This document shows, in pieces, positions 38,826 through 48,257 of a stretch of 64,000 nt of DNA. The number at the start of each line of letters is the position of its first letter. Positions within the stretch are counted from its first letter, which is position 1. Below the pieces are notes generated by a model. That model saw only the letters and a list, made by a program, of their open reading frames with translations, ran no database searches and was not told the DNA's origin. This DNA is from Alphaproteobacteria bacterium (GTDB lineage Bacteria > Pseudomonadota > Alphaproteobacteria > UBA9219): contig WRDR01000002.1 of the NCBI GenBank assembly GCA_009779745.1, positions 67,477 to 131,476 on the forward strand, read 5' to 3'. Made by a program: the position numbers and the translations under genes.

Positions 38826-39742
38826 TGAGCGGCAGGCGTAAAATTAAATTACATATTTCTTCTCTATCCCAGCTGTCGCCTGATGCTCTTGCTTTGGTGC
38901 AAAACGATAGGTATGAACTATCATTCCAAAACGCAATGGCTGCGAATGAAGAGGTACTGGCTGCGTCTATTGCAGACAAGGACGCTGTGTATTTAGGCGG
39001 AGATGATTTTTATTCTGAAAAAGTCTTGCAGCAGGCAAAGAATTTAAAACTTTTGTCTTTCGGCGGTATAGGATACGCAACATTTATAGACGCAAAAGCT
39101 GCAAAAGACCTTAATATTACAATCACAAATACGCCCGGCTCAAATTCGCAGTCTTGTGCTGAAATGGCAGTCGGACTTTGCCTTGATGCGCTGCGTAAAA
39201 TAAACTTCACAAACAAAACAAGAGAAAAGCCAGTATCGCATAACATCAGCGCATTGAAAATAGGAATGATTGGGTTTGGAAATATAAACAAAGCGATTTA
39301 TAAAATACTAAGAGACGGATTTAACGCTGATGTTCGTTATTGGAACAGAACCGGAGATACAACGCCGCTGGATACGATTCTAGGCGAAAGCGATATTATA
39401 TTCATAACAATATCGTTCAATGATGAAACGAAAGATTTTATAAATGCCGAACGAATCGCCAAAATGAAAGACGGCGTTATTCTGGTTAATACAGCCAGAC
39501 CGGGCTTGATAAATGCAGACGCAGTGCTCGCCGCAATAAAATCCGGCAAAGTTGCCACCCTTGCGCAAGACGGATACTATGACGATCCAAGATTTATAGG
39601 ATTACCAAATGATAGATTCATTGCTACTCCGCATATTGCAGCAAAAACAAAAGAGGACTGGCATAAAACCGATTTAATGGCATTTCAAAACATAATTGAT
39701 TTTTTTGAAACCGGAACCAGCAAAAATATAGTGAATTCATAA
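38825..39742 (+). CDS. D-isomer-specific 2-hydroxyacid dehydrogenase family, NAD-binding
   Basis: Rossmann GMIGFGNINKAIYKIL. Catalytic-domain homology. ATGA start/stop overlap with the upstream HTH gene. Confidence 0.7.
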   Translation: MSGRRKIKLHISSLSQLSPDALALVQNDRYELSFQNAMAANEEVLAASIADKDAVYLGGDDFYSEKVLQQAKNLKLLSFGGIGYATFIDAKAAKDLNITITNTPGSNSQSCAEMAVGLCLDALRKINFTNKTREKPVSHNISALKIGMIGFGNINKAIYKILRDGFNADVRYWNRTGDTTPLDTILGESDIIFITISFNDETKDFINAERIAKMKDGVILVNTARPGLINADAVLAAIKSGKVATLAQDGYYDDPRFIGLPNDRFIATPHIAAKTKEDWHKTDLMAFQNIIDFFETGTSKNIVNS

Positions 39743-39757
39743 AGAGCTGACCTAGAT

Positions 39758-39950
39758 TAGTGTGGAGCTGCTGTCCCTCTGATTGTCATTCCTGCTTTCG
39801 CAAGAGTGACAAAAAATTATAAATAATTTTTTGTTAAAAACCACTGCCCCGTCTTTTCATTCGCCTGTCGGCGAATGAAAATCCACCCCTTCGCCAGCGA
39901 AGGGGAATACGTGTGCACAGCAACCTTCAACTCCACACTTCACCGCACCC
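39758..39950. repeat. Composite nested repeat. A split GTGGAG-family element (arm tagtgtggagctg ... arm caactccacacttcac) is interrupted by three GC-rich palindromes: tgtcattcctgctttcgcaagagtgaca, ttttcattcgcctgtcggcgaatgaaaa and ccccttcgccagcgaagggg.
   Basis: Read directly. The palindromes also encode the C-terminal ~30 aa of the plsC ORF. Confidence 0.6.
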
Positions 39951-40669
39951 ATTTTGACTAACCGTGCCGTTGCGGTTTCTATGGAGTCTTTCAGTCTTGC
40001 CATCATCTCCGCCTTAGAAAGGCCTATTGGAATAACAGGAAGAAATTCAACTGTTATGTGCCCTCGTTTTTTGAACAGCGTATTCTTAGACCATACCAAT
40101 CCGGAGTTAAGAGCTATCGGAACTATCGGGATATTCAGCTCTTGATACAAAGCGGCTACTCCCGCTTTATAGGGCTTTGATTCTCCAACACCGACTCTTG
40201 TACCCTCCGGAAAAATAAATACGGGACGGTTTTCGGCAACTGCTTTTCTTGCTCCTTCCAGCATTACCTGCACGGCAGTTTTTCCGGCTTTTCTGTCAAT
40301 AGGTATAGTGCCGGACTTTTTTATGTGCCAGCCTAAAATCGGAAGCCTCAATAACTCCTGTTTTACAACAATAGCAGGATCGTCTATGAGCAGATGAATT
40401 TTAAAAGTCTCCCACTCGGACGCATGTTTGCACGCAGCTATAAACGGAGGCGCAGGGACATTTTCTTTTCCCACAACAGAATAAGTAATGCCTCCTAAAT
40501 TAGCTTCTACCCATGCAACAGTACTAAGCCAAAAGTGTATTGCCTTTATCAGCACTTTCCGGGGAAATAATAAGACAACCATAAGCACTATGCTTAGTAT
40601 GATGTTAATGCCGTAGAAAATAGAATTAAACCACACAAAGCGGAAATATTTATTATCGAGTATATTCAT
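39857..40669 (-). CDS. plsC: 1-acyl-sn-glycerol-3-phosphate acyltransferase (PlsC-like)
   Basis: FPEGTR block. Acyltransferase fold. The C-terminal tail is repeat-encoded. Confidence 0.75.
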   Translation of the reverse strand: MNILDNKYFRFVWFNSIFYGINIILSIVLMVVLLFPRKVLIKAIHFWLSTVAWVEANLGGITYSVVGKENVPAPPFIAACKHASEWETFKIHLLIDDPAIVVKQELLRLPILGWHIKKSGTIPIDRKAGKTAVQVMLEGARKAVAENRPVFIFPEGTRVGVGESKPYKAGVAALYQELNIPIVPIALNSGLVWSKNTLFKKRGHITVEFLPVIPIGLSKAEMMARLKDSIETATARLVKMGAVKCGVEGCCAHVFPFAGEGVDFHSPTGE

Positions 40670-41247
40670 TTAAACGTAATCCTAAGACCAGTCGCCAAGT
40701 ATTTTACATATTCACTGACTAAAAGCGGCAGCGTATTAGTGTCCTGCCCGCTGTGCACTGTAAGAGGCGTAACAGGATACGGCGTTATATTAAGCTCCGG
40801 AAACTTAGAGCGAAATATAAGAAGGCTTCTGGGCATATGATAATTAGAAGTAACCAAAAGAATATTTTTATGCTCGAATTTTTTCAGCCAGTCCTCCGCT
40901 TCAAGAGCGTTCTCTATAGTAGTAGTCGCATCGTGCCCCAGCGTTATACAGCAGTCTTTAAGCTCTTGAGGAATGTCGGTTTTGTTATAAATCCTCTCCA
41001 GCGTCAGGTTTTGAGATACCCCGGAAATCAACAAATTATCAGCAACTCCGTTTTTCAGAAGATCCAATGCAATAGAGATTCTGTCGCTTCCTCCTGTAAG
41101 AGCTATGATAGCATCATATTTAACGCTGCTGTCCAGAGGCTCTGTGTTTTTTACTGCAGAGACGAACTGCAAAAAACCAAAGCCGAAGCCCGCTATCAGC
41201 ACTAATAACGGAGCAGCTGTGATTAAAATTGTTCTTTTCAAATTCAT
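40666..41247 (-). CDS. DUF218/YdcF-family (ElyC-like) envelope protein
   Basis: IIALTGGSDRI...LLVTSNYHMPRS is the DUF218 signature. Confidence 0.7.
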   Translation of the reverse strand: MNLKRTILITAAPLLVLIAGFGFGFLQFVSAVKNTEPLDSSVKYDAIIALTGGSDRISIALDLLKNGVADNLLISGVSQNLTLERIYNKTDIPQELKDCCITLGHDATTTIENALEAEDWLKKFEHKNILLVTSNYHMPRSLLIFRSKFPELNITPYPVTPLTVHSGQDTNTLPLLVSEYVKYLATGLRITFK

Positions 41248-41256
41248 GAGAACATT

Positions 41257-42138
41257 CTAGTACGGCGTTGTCTTTGAATCAAGACTATAACGATATGAAG
41301 TAAAGGCTGCCAATAATATCGTAACTATCGGAATAATAAGACCGATAAGCAGAATAAAGAGCACTTTGGATAATGGCGCAAAAACAAAAAGCCCGCTCAA
41401 ACGGAAGAATAGCAGAGACAAAACAAGCACTGCGAGCAAATATCCCAAAAAAGCCCCGGCAGCAGCTATAAGCGTAACTTTCCGCTGTAAAAGAGTTGCA
41501 ATCTGTCTGTCTCTGGCTCCGAGGTTGGACAGCATTTTTATAGATTCTTTTTCTGTGAAAACTATAAAACGGCACATGGAACTCACAACGAAAAATATTA
41601 AAAGTATCATAAGGACTGAAACAACAGCAGACGCAATAAACAATCTGTTAAATATAGAAGCGGCGTTATCTACAATAGCAGTATGATCGGAGATGACAAA
41701 ATCCTGAGACAATTCCAGTGCAGTTTCTTTCAGCAAAGCAGAATCAGAGTACGAAGAAAGCTCTATGGTAAAAATGCCGGGCAAATTAAGAGACTCAATA
41801 ATACCGGTATTTGTAAACCAGTCCGAGGATAAATCCAGTATCTGTTCCTTAGACAGCAGCGTAACTTTCTTTACAAAAGGCAAATTGCTTAGTTTTTCCA
41901 GTGCGTGTTCGGGTGCTGATTCGCTTTCCGAATCAGGCGGCGGATTAAACGTGAAAACTTGCAGTACCACCGTATTAGATGTCTCTTTTCTCCAAGCATA
42001 GTAAGAAGTTCCTGCAACGCCTGTTGTGCAGAAGAAGATAACTGCCAGAGCCGCCAGAATCAGCACGCTCGCAAACAGCGCAAATGCGGAGTTGGTTTTG
42101 TTCCTGCCGGACAGAAAAATGTTTTTAAAAAGCGTCAT
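41257..42138 (-). CDS. ftsX: Cell-division ABC transporter permease FtsX
   Basis: Four-TM topology with a large periplasmic loop. Adjacent to ftsE. Confidence 0.8.
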   Translation of the reverse strand: MTLFKNIFLSGRNKTNSAFALFASVLILAALAVIFFCTTGVAGTSYYAWRKETSNTVVLQVFTFNPPPDSESESAPEHALEKLSNLPFVKKVTLLSKEQILDLSSDWFTNTGIIESLNLPGIFTIELSSYSDSALLKETALELSQDFVISDHTAIVDNAASIFNRLFIASAVVSVLMILLIFFVVSSMCRFIVFTEKESIKMLSNLGARDRQIATLLQRKVTLIAAAGAFLGYLLAVLVLSLLFFRLSGLFVFAPLSKVLFILLIGLIIPIVTILLAAFTSYRYSLDSKTTPY

Positions 42139-42815
42139 ATTTTATCGTAAGGAGACAGAGATCTTTTTGATAAGGTTAACATCTGAGTTTTAGAGCGTTT
42201 TGCAAAATCTTCAACATGTTTATTGTGTACGGAAGTTATTAAAATAGTAGTTCCGGAATCATTAAGATTTTCCATAATTTTCAGCATATTAAGAGAATTC
42301 TTTTTGTCTAAATACATAAACGGGTCATCAGCCAGCAAAAGTCTCGGTTTATTCGCAATAGCTCTGGCAAAAGAGATTAGCTGCTGTTCCCCTAGGGATA
42401 AGCTGCCCGGATACAGAGCAGGCGGTTTCTCATAGCCTATTGTCTTCAGAGCCTCTTTTGCAGTATTCATTATAAAGGTCTCGTTAGTTTTTTCCAGCTT
42501 CAAAGGCAGGGCTATATTCTCAAAAACCGTCAGCTGAGGAAAAAGCATTATTTGCTGAGAGACTACGCCGATTTTTCTTCTTAGCAGGGCGCGCTGCTGG
42601 CTGTTAAGCTTTGCCGCAGATTCGTCAAACACGGATACTGTTCCGGTCGTAGGCTTCTGCATCTCATAGATTAATTTCATTAAAGACGTTTTGCCTGAGC
42701 AATTATCCCCGAAAATAAAGCAAAAACCGCCCTCCTCCACAGAAAACTGAATATTTTCCAGCACTCTGGACTTGGGGGGGTACATCAGGCTGGTATTTTG
42801 AAAAGACAGAATCAT
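42135..42815 (-). CDS. ftsE: Cell-division ATP-binding protein FtsE
   Basis: Walker A GDNCSGKTS. ABC signature LSLGEQQL. Walker B LLLADDP. Confidence 0.85.
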   Translation of the reverse strand: MILSFQNTSLMYPPKSRVLENIQFSVEEGGFCFIFGDNCSGKTSLMKLIYEMQKPTTGTVSVFDESAAKLNSQQRALLRRKIGVVSQQIMLFPQLTVFENIALPLKLEKTNETFIMNTAKEALKTIGYEKPPALYPGSLSLGEQQLISFARAIANKPRLLLADDPFMYLDKKNSLNMLKIMENLNDSGTTILITSVHNKHVEDFAKRSKTQMLTLSKRSLSPYDKI

Positions 42816-42824
42816 GGGGTTAAT

Positions 42825-42863
42825 CAGGAGTTAGGAATTAGGAATTAGTATATCTAATTCCGC
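42825..42863. repeat. Hairpin repeat, GGAATTAG family: caggagttaggaattaggaattag ... ctaattccgc
   Basis: Same unit as 12796-12851. Lies upstream of ftsE. Confidence 0.65.
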
Positions 42864-42928
42864 TTTATTTGTAGAAAAATGTGTATATAATAGTATAATT
42901 TTATCAAAAATCAAAGGTCTTTGTAATA

Positions 42929-43654
42929 ATGATTCTTCAATGCTCTGCCTGTAATACAAAATATCTGATTGCGGACTCTTTTTTTACCGGAGGTCAGCGC
43001 AAGGTTCGCTGCGCCAAATGCAAAGCAGAATGGATTGCTACTCTTCCCAACAACATAGATGTTGTTGAAACTGCTCCTAATCCGGACATAGAGTTTTCCG
43101 ATGTGCTGAAAAAAGAAAACGATTCTTTAGCGGAAAATAATAATGAGTCCGAATCGCCAAAGGTCTCGAGCGAAAGCCGCAAAATAAATCTGCCTGCCGT
43201 CATAGACGAAAACGTATATCCAAAATGGCTCATTGCTTTTATGGCTGTTGCTCTTATTGCTTCATGGATATTCATCGGCATTATTCTGGAGCGTGATTCT
43301 ATAGTAAAAACTCTGCCGGAGACTCAGGAATTCTATTCTGTCTTGGGGATTGCTGCAAAGCCTGCTTGGGACGGGCTGGTTTTTGAAGATATTTTTCCGG
43401 AGATAAGCTATCAGGACGGTACAAGCAAACTCGTGGTCTCGGGAAAAATATATAATTCGACTGAAGACTTTAAAGACGTGCCTAACGTCAGGATAGAAGC
43501 CTTGGGCTTAAACGACAATGTCATAAAATCTTGGACAATGCCTTTGAGCGTCTCTTCTGTAGGCGGTCTTTCAAGAGAAGCTTTCAAAGAAGTTTTAGAT
43601 TTTAATTCGTCTTTTTCCATAGAAAATGTACGGATAGACTTTGTGGAAGAATAA
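42929..43654 (+). CDS. MJ0042-type zinc-ribbon membrane protein (DUF3426-like)
   Basis: N-terminal CSACNTKYLIAD...VRCAKCKAEW zinc ribbon, one TM, C-terminal beta domain. Confidence 0.7.
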   Translation: MILQCSACNTKYLIADSFFTGGQRKVRCAKCKAEWIATLPNNIDVVETAPNPDIEFSDVLKKENDSLAENNNESESPKVSSESRKINLPAVIDENVYPKWLIAFMAVALIASWIFIGIILERDSIVKTLPETQEFYSVLGIAAKPAWDGLVFEDIFPEISYQDGTSKLVVSGKIYNSTEDFKDVPNVRIEALGLNDNVIKSWTMPLSVSSVGGLSREAFKEVLDFNSSFSIENVRIDFVEE

Positions 43655-43659
43655 AATTT

Positions 43660-44538
43660 ATGAAACAAAGAATCCGCAAAGCTGTTTTTCCGGTAGCAGG
43701 TCTTGGGACTCGCATTTTGCCGGCTACTAAAGCTATTCCCAAAGAGATGCTGCCTTGTCTGGATAAACCTCTTATTCAGCACGCTGTTGACGAGGCCAGA
43801 GCTGCAGGAATTGAACAGTTTATCTTTGTTACAAGCAAAGGTAAAACCGTGCTGGAAGATCATTTCGATATCAATCAGGATTTGAACAAAACTTTGGAAG
43901 CAAAATCCAAGCACAAGGCTTTGCAGCTTGTCAAAGATTCTGAACTTCCGGCCGGCAGTTTGTTTTTTACCAGACAGGCTGTTCCGCTGGGGCTGGGACA
44001 TGCTGTGTGGTGTGCGCGGCATCTTGTCGGAAACGAACCTTTCGCAGTATTGCTGCCTGACGACATAGTGCTTTCGGAGACTCCTTGCCTGAAACAGATG
44101 ACAGACGTTTACGGGGAGCTTGGCGGAAATATCGTTTCCGTTATGGAAGTGCCCAGATCTCAGACTAACAAATACGGAATATTAGATGTTGGCAAAGAAA
44201 GTCAGGGGGGCGTTGTAGAAATCAAAGGACTCATAGAAAAGCCGGAGCCGGAAAAAGCTCCTTCTTGTTTGTCTATAATCGGGCGGTATATTCTACAGCC
44301 GGAAATATTTACTCACCTAAATACTCAATCTGCCGGCTCCGGAGGAGAGATTCAGCTCACGGACAGCATGGCAAAACTCATAGGCACGCAGCCTTTTCAC
44401 GGATTCCGTTTTAAAGGTACACGGTATGACTGCGGAGACAGGATAGGATTTATAACTGCGAATCTAGCCTTTGCACTCAGAGATGAAAAAATAGCTGAGG
44501 AAGTTAGGGCTAATGTAAAGGAGCTGCTTGAAATATGA
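43660..44538 (+). CDS. galU: UTP-glucose-1-phosphate uridylyltransferase
   Basis: FPVAGLGTRILPATKAIPKEMLP signature. Confidence 0.92.
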   Translation: MKQRIRKAVFPVAGLGTRILPATKAIPKEMLPCLDKPLIQHAVDEARAAGIEQFIFVTSKGKTVLEDHFDINQDLNKTLEAKSKHKALQLVKDSELPAGSLFFTRQAVPLGLGHAVWCARHLVGNEPFAVLLPDDIVLSETPCLKQMTDVYGELGGNIVSVMEVPRSQTNKYGILDVGKESQGGVVEIKGLIEKPEPEKAPSCLSIIGRYILQPEIFTHLNTQSAGSGGEIQLTDSMAKLIGTQPFHGFRFKGTRYDCGDRIGFITANLAFALRDEKIAEEVRANVKELLEI

Positions 44539-44581
44539 AACTACTAATTCTTAATTTCATATAAACCTGAAAGAAAAAACC

Positions 44582-45316
44582 ATGAGAAAACTGCTGGTTT
44601 CAATTTTTGTTTTTCTGGTTTTTACTGGCAGCGTGTACGCACAAAATAATTCCGAAGAAGATAATATAAGACCGTCAGGCATAGTAGAAGCTTCCGATAA
44701 TTCAATGATCGAGTTAAGAAAAAAAGAAAATATGCCGAATTTGAATGTATTTGCAATGTGTTCGATTACTGAGGGCACTTACTTACAGTTTGGTGAGCCA
44801 AAGTCGGAGCATGGAGAATATTGTTGGTGCAAAGCACAGAATAACGACAAAGAGTCCTCATGGATATATTACATTAATTTTAATTCTAAATATTGGCAGG
44901 ATAGCTGCACAGAAAAATGCATAGTATCTTGCATAAGCGGATTGTTATCTGGCGGCAGTGGTTGCTGGGACGGAAAAGATAAATGCGGCCGTCCTACAGG
45001 CGGCTGCGGAAGCTGGGCTCCAGTGTTGCGTAAACCTTTATTGTTAACAATTTCTGACGGACATTTGAAAGATATTGGAATGTCAATGTATGAGCATATG
45101 AGCTCATTCGACTCAGATAGTGAATGTCCGTCTCAACAAAAGAACAAGGGTTTTTTCATACTGCTATCAATGTTAGTCATTATGCTTACATATTTATTGA
45201 TAAGTGCGATTATGAATAAGTCAATGAGGGCATTTTGGCTATTGCTTGGAACTATCCTATGGGTTCCGGTAATAATATTTATATTATTGATGATGCTGCA
45301 TGCAACTCTGAAGTAA
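44582..45316 (+). CDS. Secreted cysteine-rich protein with C-terminal TM helices
   Basis: Signal peptide ...GSVYA/Q. 16+ Cys. LLSGGSGCWDGKDKCGRPTGGCGSW motif, loosely similar to the Gly/Cys motifs of the Hint protein. Two C-terminal TM segments. Confidence 0.5.
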   Translation: MRKLLVSIFVFLVFTGSVYAQNNSEEDNIRPSGIVEASDNSMIELRKKENMPNLNVFAMCSITEGTYLQFGEPKSEHGEYCWCKAQNNDKESSWIYYINFNSKYWQDSCTEKCIVSCISGLLSGGSGCWDGKDKCGRPTGGCGSWAPVLRKPLLLTISDGHLKDIGMSMYEHMSSFDSDSECPSQQKNKGFFILLSMLVIMLTYLLISAIMNKSMRAFWLLLGTILWVPVIIFILLMMLHATLK

Positions 45317-45391
45317 TTAGTGGACGAAAAATAAGACTTGACTATATAGCATAATATAGTATAATATACTTATATATAGAAAGGTATAGCT

Positions 45392-45664
45392 ATGCTTGGA
45401 CAGATTAATATAAAAATAGAAGCAAAAGACAAACGGGCTGCCGAAGCAGTTTTAAGCGACATCGGTCTCTCTATGTCTGATGCTGTCAGGGCTTTCTTGA
45501 AGAAGGTCATAGCCACGGACGGCATTCCTTTTGACCTGCGCCGCTCTTCGAAGCCAAACGCAATGACGCTTCAGGCAATGAAAGACATAGAGTCCGACAA
45601 GGGTTTGACCAAATTAAAAGGCAAGACCGGTGCCAATATGGTTGCAGAGTTGTTAGATGACTAA
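45392..45664 (+). CDS. RelB/DinJ-family antitoxin
   Basis: MLGQINIKIEAKDKRAAEAVLSDIGLSMSDAVRAFLKKVI matches DinJ. Confidence 0.8.
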   Translation: MLGQINIKIEAKDKRAAEAVLSDIGLSMSDAVRAFLKKVIATDGIPFDLRRSSKPNAMTLQAMKDIESDKGLTKLKGKTGANMVAELLDD

Positions 45665-45788
45665 AAAAGTCTTCGCACAAAGCCGCATGAAAAAGGATGT
45701 CAAGCTGGCGAAGAAACGCAGCTTTGACAAGAACCGGGACGCACTCCGACCTTTTCAGATAATGCTAGGCTCAATATCAGAGGATTAA
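45657..45788 (+). pseudogene. Truncated RelE/YafQ-like toxin remnant (43 codons), ATGA-overlapped with the relB/dinJ stop. Its stop overlaps the pgsA stop.
   Basis: MTKKVFAQSRMKKDVKLAKKRSFDKNRDALRPFQIMLGSISED resembles the YafQ N-terminus (..SKDVKLAQKRHKDMNKL..). It ends after ~45% of the expected length. Confidence 0.5.
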
Positions 45789-46369
45789 AAATGCTTAACA
45801 CTAGCCTTCCAATAATCCCACGCAGTGATAATAGTAAATATAGCTGCAATCCATAATCCTATAATGCCTATGATAGTCGCAGGTATTCCGTAAGGCGCAT
45901 AGTCGCCTATAATCAAAAAGCCCAGAGCTACCATTTGAATAGCAGTCTTCCATTTTGCGAGTCTGCTTACCGGAACGCTTACTTCGGTGTTTGCAAGGAA
46001 TTCTCTGAGTCCGGATACTGTAATCTCCCGCATCAATATAACAAGAGCAGGAAGCAGGATAAGCAACGTATTAAGGATAGTACTCTGTTTAGAATAGACC
46101 AGAACCAGTATAATTGCCGCAACAAGTAATTTATCCGCTATAGGATCCAGAAACTGACCTACTTTAGTGATAGTATTGTTGCGTCTGGCCAAATAGCCGT
46201 CCAGCCAGTCTGTCACACAAGCATATGTATAAAGAAGCAAAGCTATCCACGCAGCCCACCTTGCAGCCCATACAAAAGGAATGACCAAAGGAACGAGCAT
46301 AAAAGCCAAAATAACAGGTATAACAATTATGCGGGATAATGTTAATTTATTGGCTAAATTTTTGAACAT
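45785..46369 (-). CDS. pgsA: CDP-diacylglycerol--glycerol-3-phosphate 3-phosphatidyltransferase
   Basis: CDP-alcohol phosphatidyltransferase motif DWLDGYLARR...G...DPIADK. Confidence 0.9.
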   Translation of the reverse strand: MFKNLANKLTLSRIIVIPVILAFMLVPLVIPFVWAARWAAWIALLLYTYACVTDWLDGYLARRNNTITKVGQFLDPIADKLLVAAIILVLVYSKQSTILNTLLILLPALVILMREITVSGLREFLANTEVSVPVSRLAKWKTAIQMVALGFLIIGDYAPYGIPATIIGIIGLWIAAIFTIITAWDYWKASVKHF

Positions 46370-46442
46370 GTAATATCCTTATGAGATGTACAATATGTTA
46401 TAGTATATAGCATTAAGAGCCAATATAAAACAAAGAAAAAAC

Positions 46443-48257
46443 ATGATTTCACAAGACAAAAAAAAGAATGAGAAACCTTTAAAGGGAGTTAACCTCTTGA
46501 AAAAAGAGGCAAAAACCCTGCCGGAAGCCTCCGGAGTGTACAGAATGAAAAATACACTCGGAGAGGTTTTGTATGTAGGAAAGACTAGGAATCTTCGCTC
46601 ACGCGTCAATTCGTACACTCTGGAGAACAGGCTCTCTCTGAGAATCAAGAGAATGGTGTCTTTGGTCACGGAACTGGAAATAACTGTAACCAAAAGCGAG
46701 AGCGAGGCTTTGCTGCTGGAACAAAGTGAGATAAAAAGACTGAAGCCCAGATATAATATTCTGCTGAAGGACGATAAAAGCTATCCGTATATATTGATGA
46801 CTGAAGATACGGATTATCCCCGAATAACACGGCACAGAGGATCAAAAAATATAAAAGGATTATATTTCGGACCTTTTGCGTCTGGAAAAGCAGTTACTGA
46901 GACCATAGAAATCATACAAAATATTTTGCAGATTAGAACTTGCTCGAACAACATGTTTAAATCCCGCAAACGCCCGTGTTTGCAGTATCATATTAAAAGA
47001 TGCACGGCACCGTGCACGGGATTGGTTACGGAAAAAAAATACCAAGAACAAGTGAAAAGAACCGTCATGTTTCTGAGCGGAAAGAGTCAGGAGTTACAGA
47101 CTGCTTTTGCAGCAGAAATGAGAAAAGCCAGCGAAAAAGAAGAATACGAACTGGCTGCCAAATGGAGAGATAAAATACAGGCTCTTACCGCCATACAGGC
47201 AAAGCAAAGCATATATATAAAGGGGCTGGAAAATGCAGATGTGATAGCAATACATAAAGAGAGAGGACATTCCGCCATAGAAATTTTCTTTATCAGAAAC
47301 GGATTGCAGTACGGGAGCAGAACCTTTTTTCCAAAGCATGACGAAGGAGAGACAAAGGAAAATATACTGTCTGCATTCATAGGACAATTTTATATGAATA
47401 AGCCAGTACCGAAAAACATACTGGTGAATGTGTACCCGACTGATAAAGAGATTCTGTGCGAGGCTCTGTCGCTGCAAATACACAAGCCGTATACGGGAGA
47501 CAAACAGAGACTCATAGAAATGGCGGAAGATAATGCCAGAATGGCTCTTTTAAGAGAAGAGCAGAACATCAAAAACAACAAAGAAATTTTTGCTAAAATA
47601 CAAAAAGCATTTTCATTAGACACAGTGCCTCAAAGAATAGAGGTGTATGATAACTCGCATTTGCAAGGGACCAGTGCTGTAGGAGCCATGATAGCCGTAA
47701 GTCAGAACGGATTTGAAAAAAGCGGGTACAGGAGATTCAATATCAAACAGGCAAGGACTGATGACGACTTCGCAATGATGAAAGAAGTGCTGTACCGGCG
47801 ATTTAAAAATACAGAAACCGTATTGCCGGATATCATTCTTATAGACGGAGGCTTAGGACAAGTACATAAAGCAGAAGAAGTATTAAGCGCACTCGGAATA
47901 AAAAACATAACTGTGATCGGCATTGCAAAAGGCAAAGACAGAAACGCCGGCAGAGAAAGATTTTTTATGAAAGACAAGGACGTTGTTTTATTAGAACAAA
48001 ACTCATCGGAAATGTTTTTCATGCAGCGCATCAGAGATGAAGCCCATAGATTCGCCATAACATCACATAGAGCAAAAAGAGCCAAGAACTTCATAAAATC
48101 CGAACTGGACGAAATAGAAGGCATAGGAGCTAAAAGAAAAAAAGCTCTGTTGAATCATTTCGGCTCTGTGCGGGCAGTGAAAGAGGCAGACCTAAAAACG
48201 CTGATGTCTGTGAAGGGAATCAGCAAAGCCGCAGCATTAAAGATTAAATCACATTAA
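46443..48257 (+). CDS. uvrC: Excinuclease ABC subunit C
   Basis: GIY-YIG (GVYRMKN..LYVGKTRNLRSRV). UvrBC domain, RNaseH-like domain, C-terminal HhH. Confidence 0.92.
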   Translation: MISQDKKKNEKPLKGVNLLKKEAKTLPEASGVYRMKNTLGEVLYVGKTRNLRSRVNSYTLENRLSLRIKRMVSLVTELEITVTKSESEALLLEQSEIKRLKPRYNILLKDDKSYPYILMTEDTDYPRITRHRGSKNIKGLYFGPFASGKAVTETIEIIQNILQIRTCSNNMFKSRKRPCLQYHIKRCTAPCTGLVTEKKYQEQVKRTVMFLSGKSQELQTAFAAEMRKASEKEEYELAAKWRDKIQALTAIQAKQSIYIKGLENADVIAIHKERGHSAIEIFFIRNGLQYGSRTFFPKHDEGETKENILSAFIGQFYMNKPVPKNILVNVYPTDKEILCEALSLQIHKPYTGDKQRLIEMAEDNARMALLREEQNIKNNKEIFAKIQKAFSLDTVPQRIEVYDNSHLQGTSAVGAMIAVSQNGFEKSGYRRFNIKQARTDDDFAMMKEVLYRRFKNTETVLPDIILIDGGLGQVHKAEEVLSALGIKNITVIGIAKGKDRNAGRERFFMKDKDVVLLEQNSSEMFFMQRIRDEAHRFAITSHRAKRAKNFIKSELDEIEGIGAKRKKALLNHFGSVRAVKEADLKTLMSVKGISKAAALKIKSH

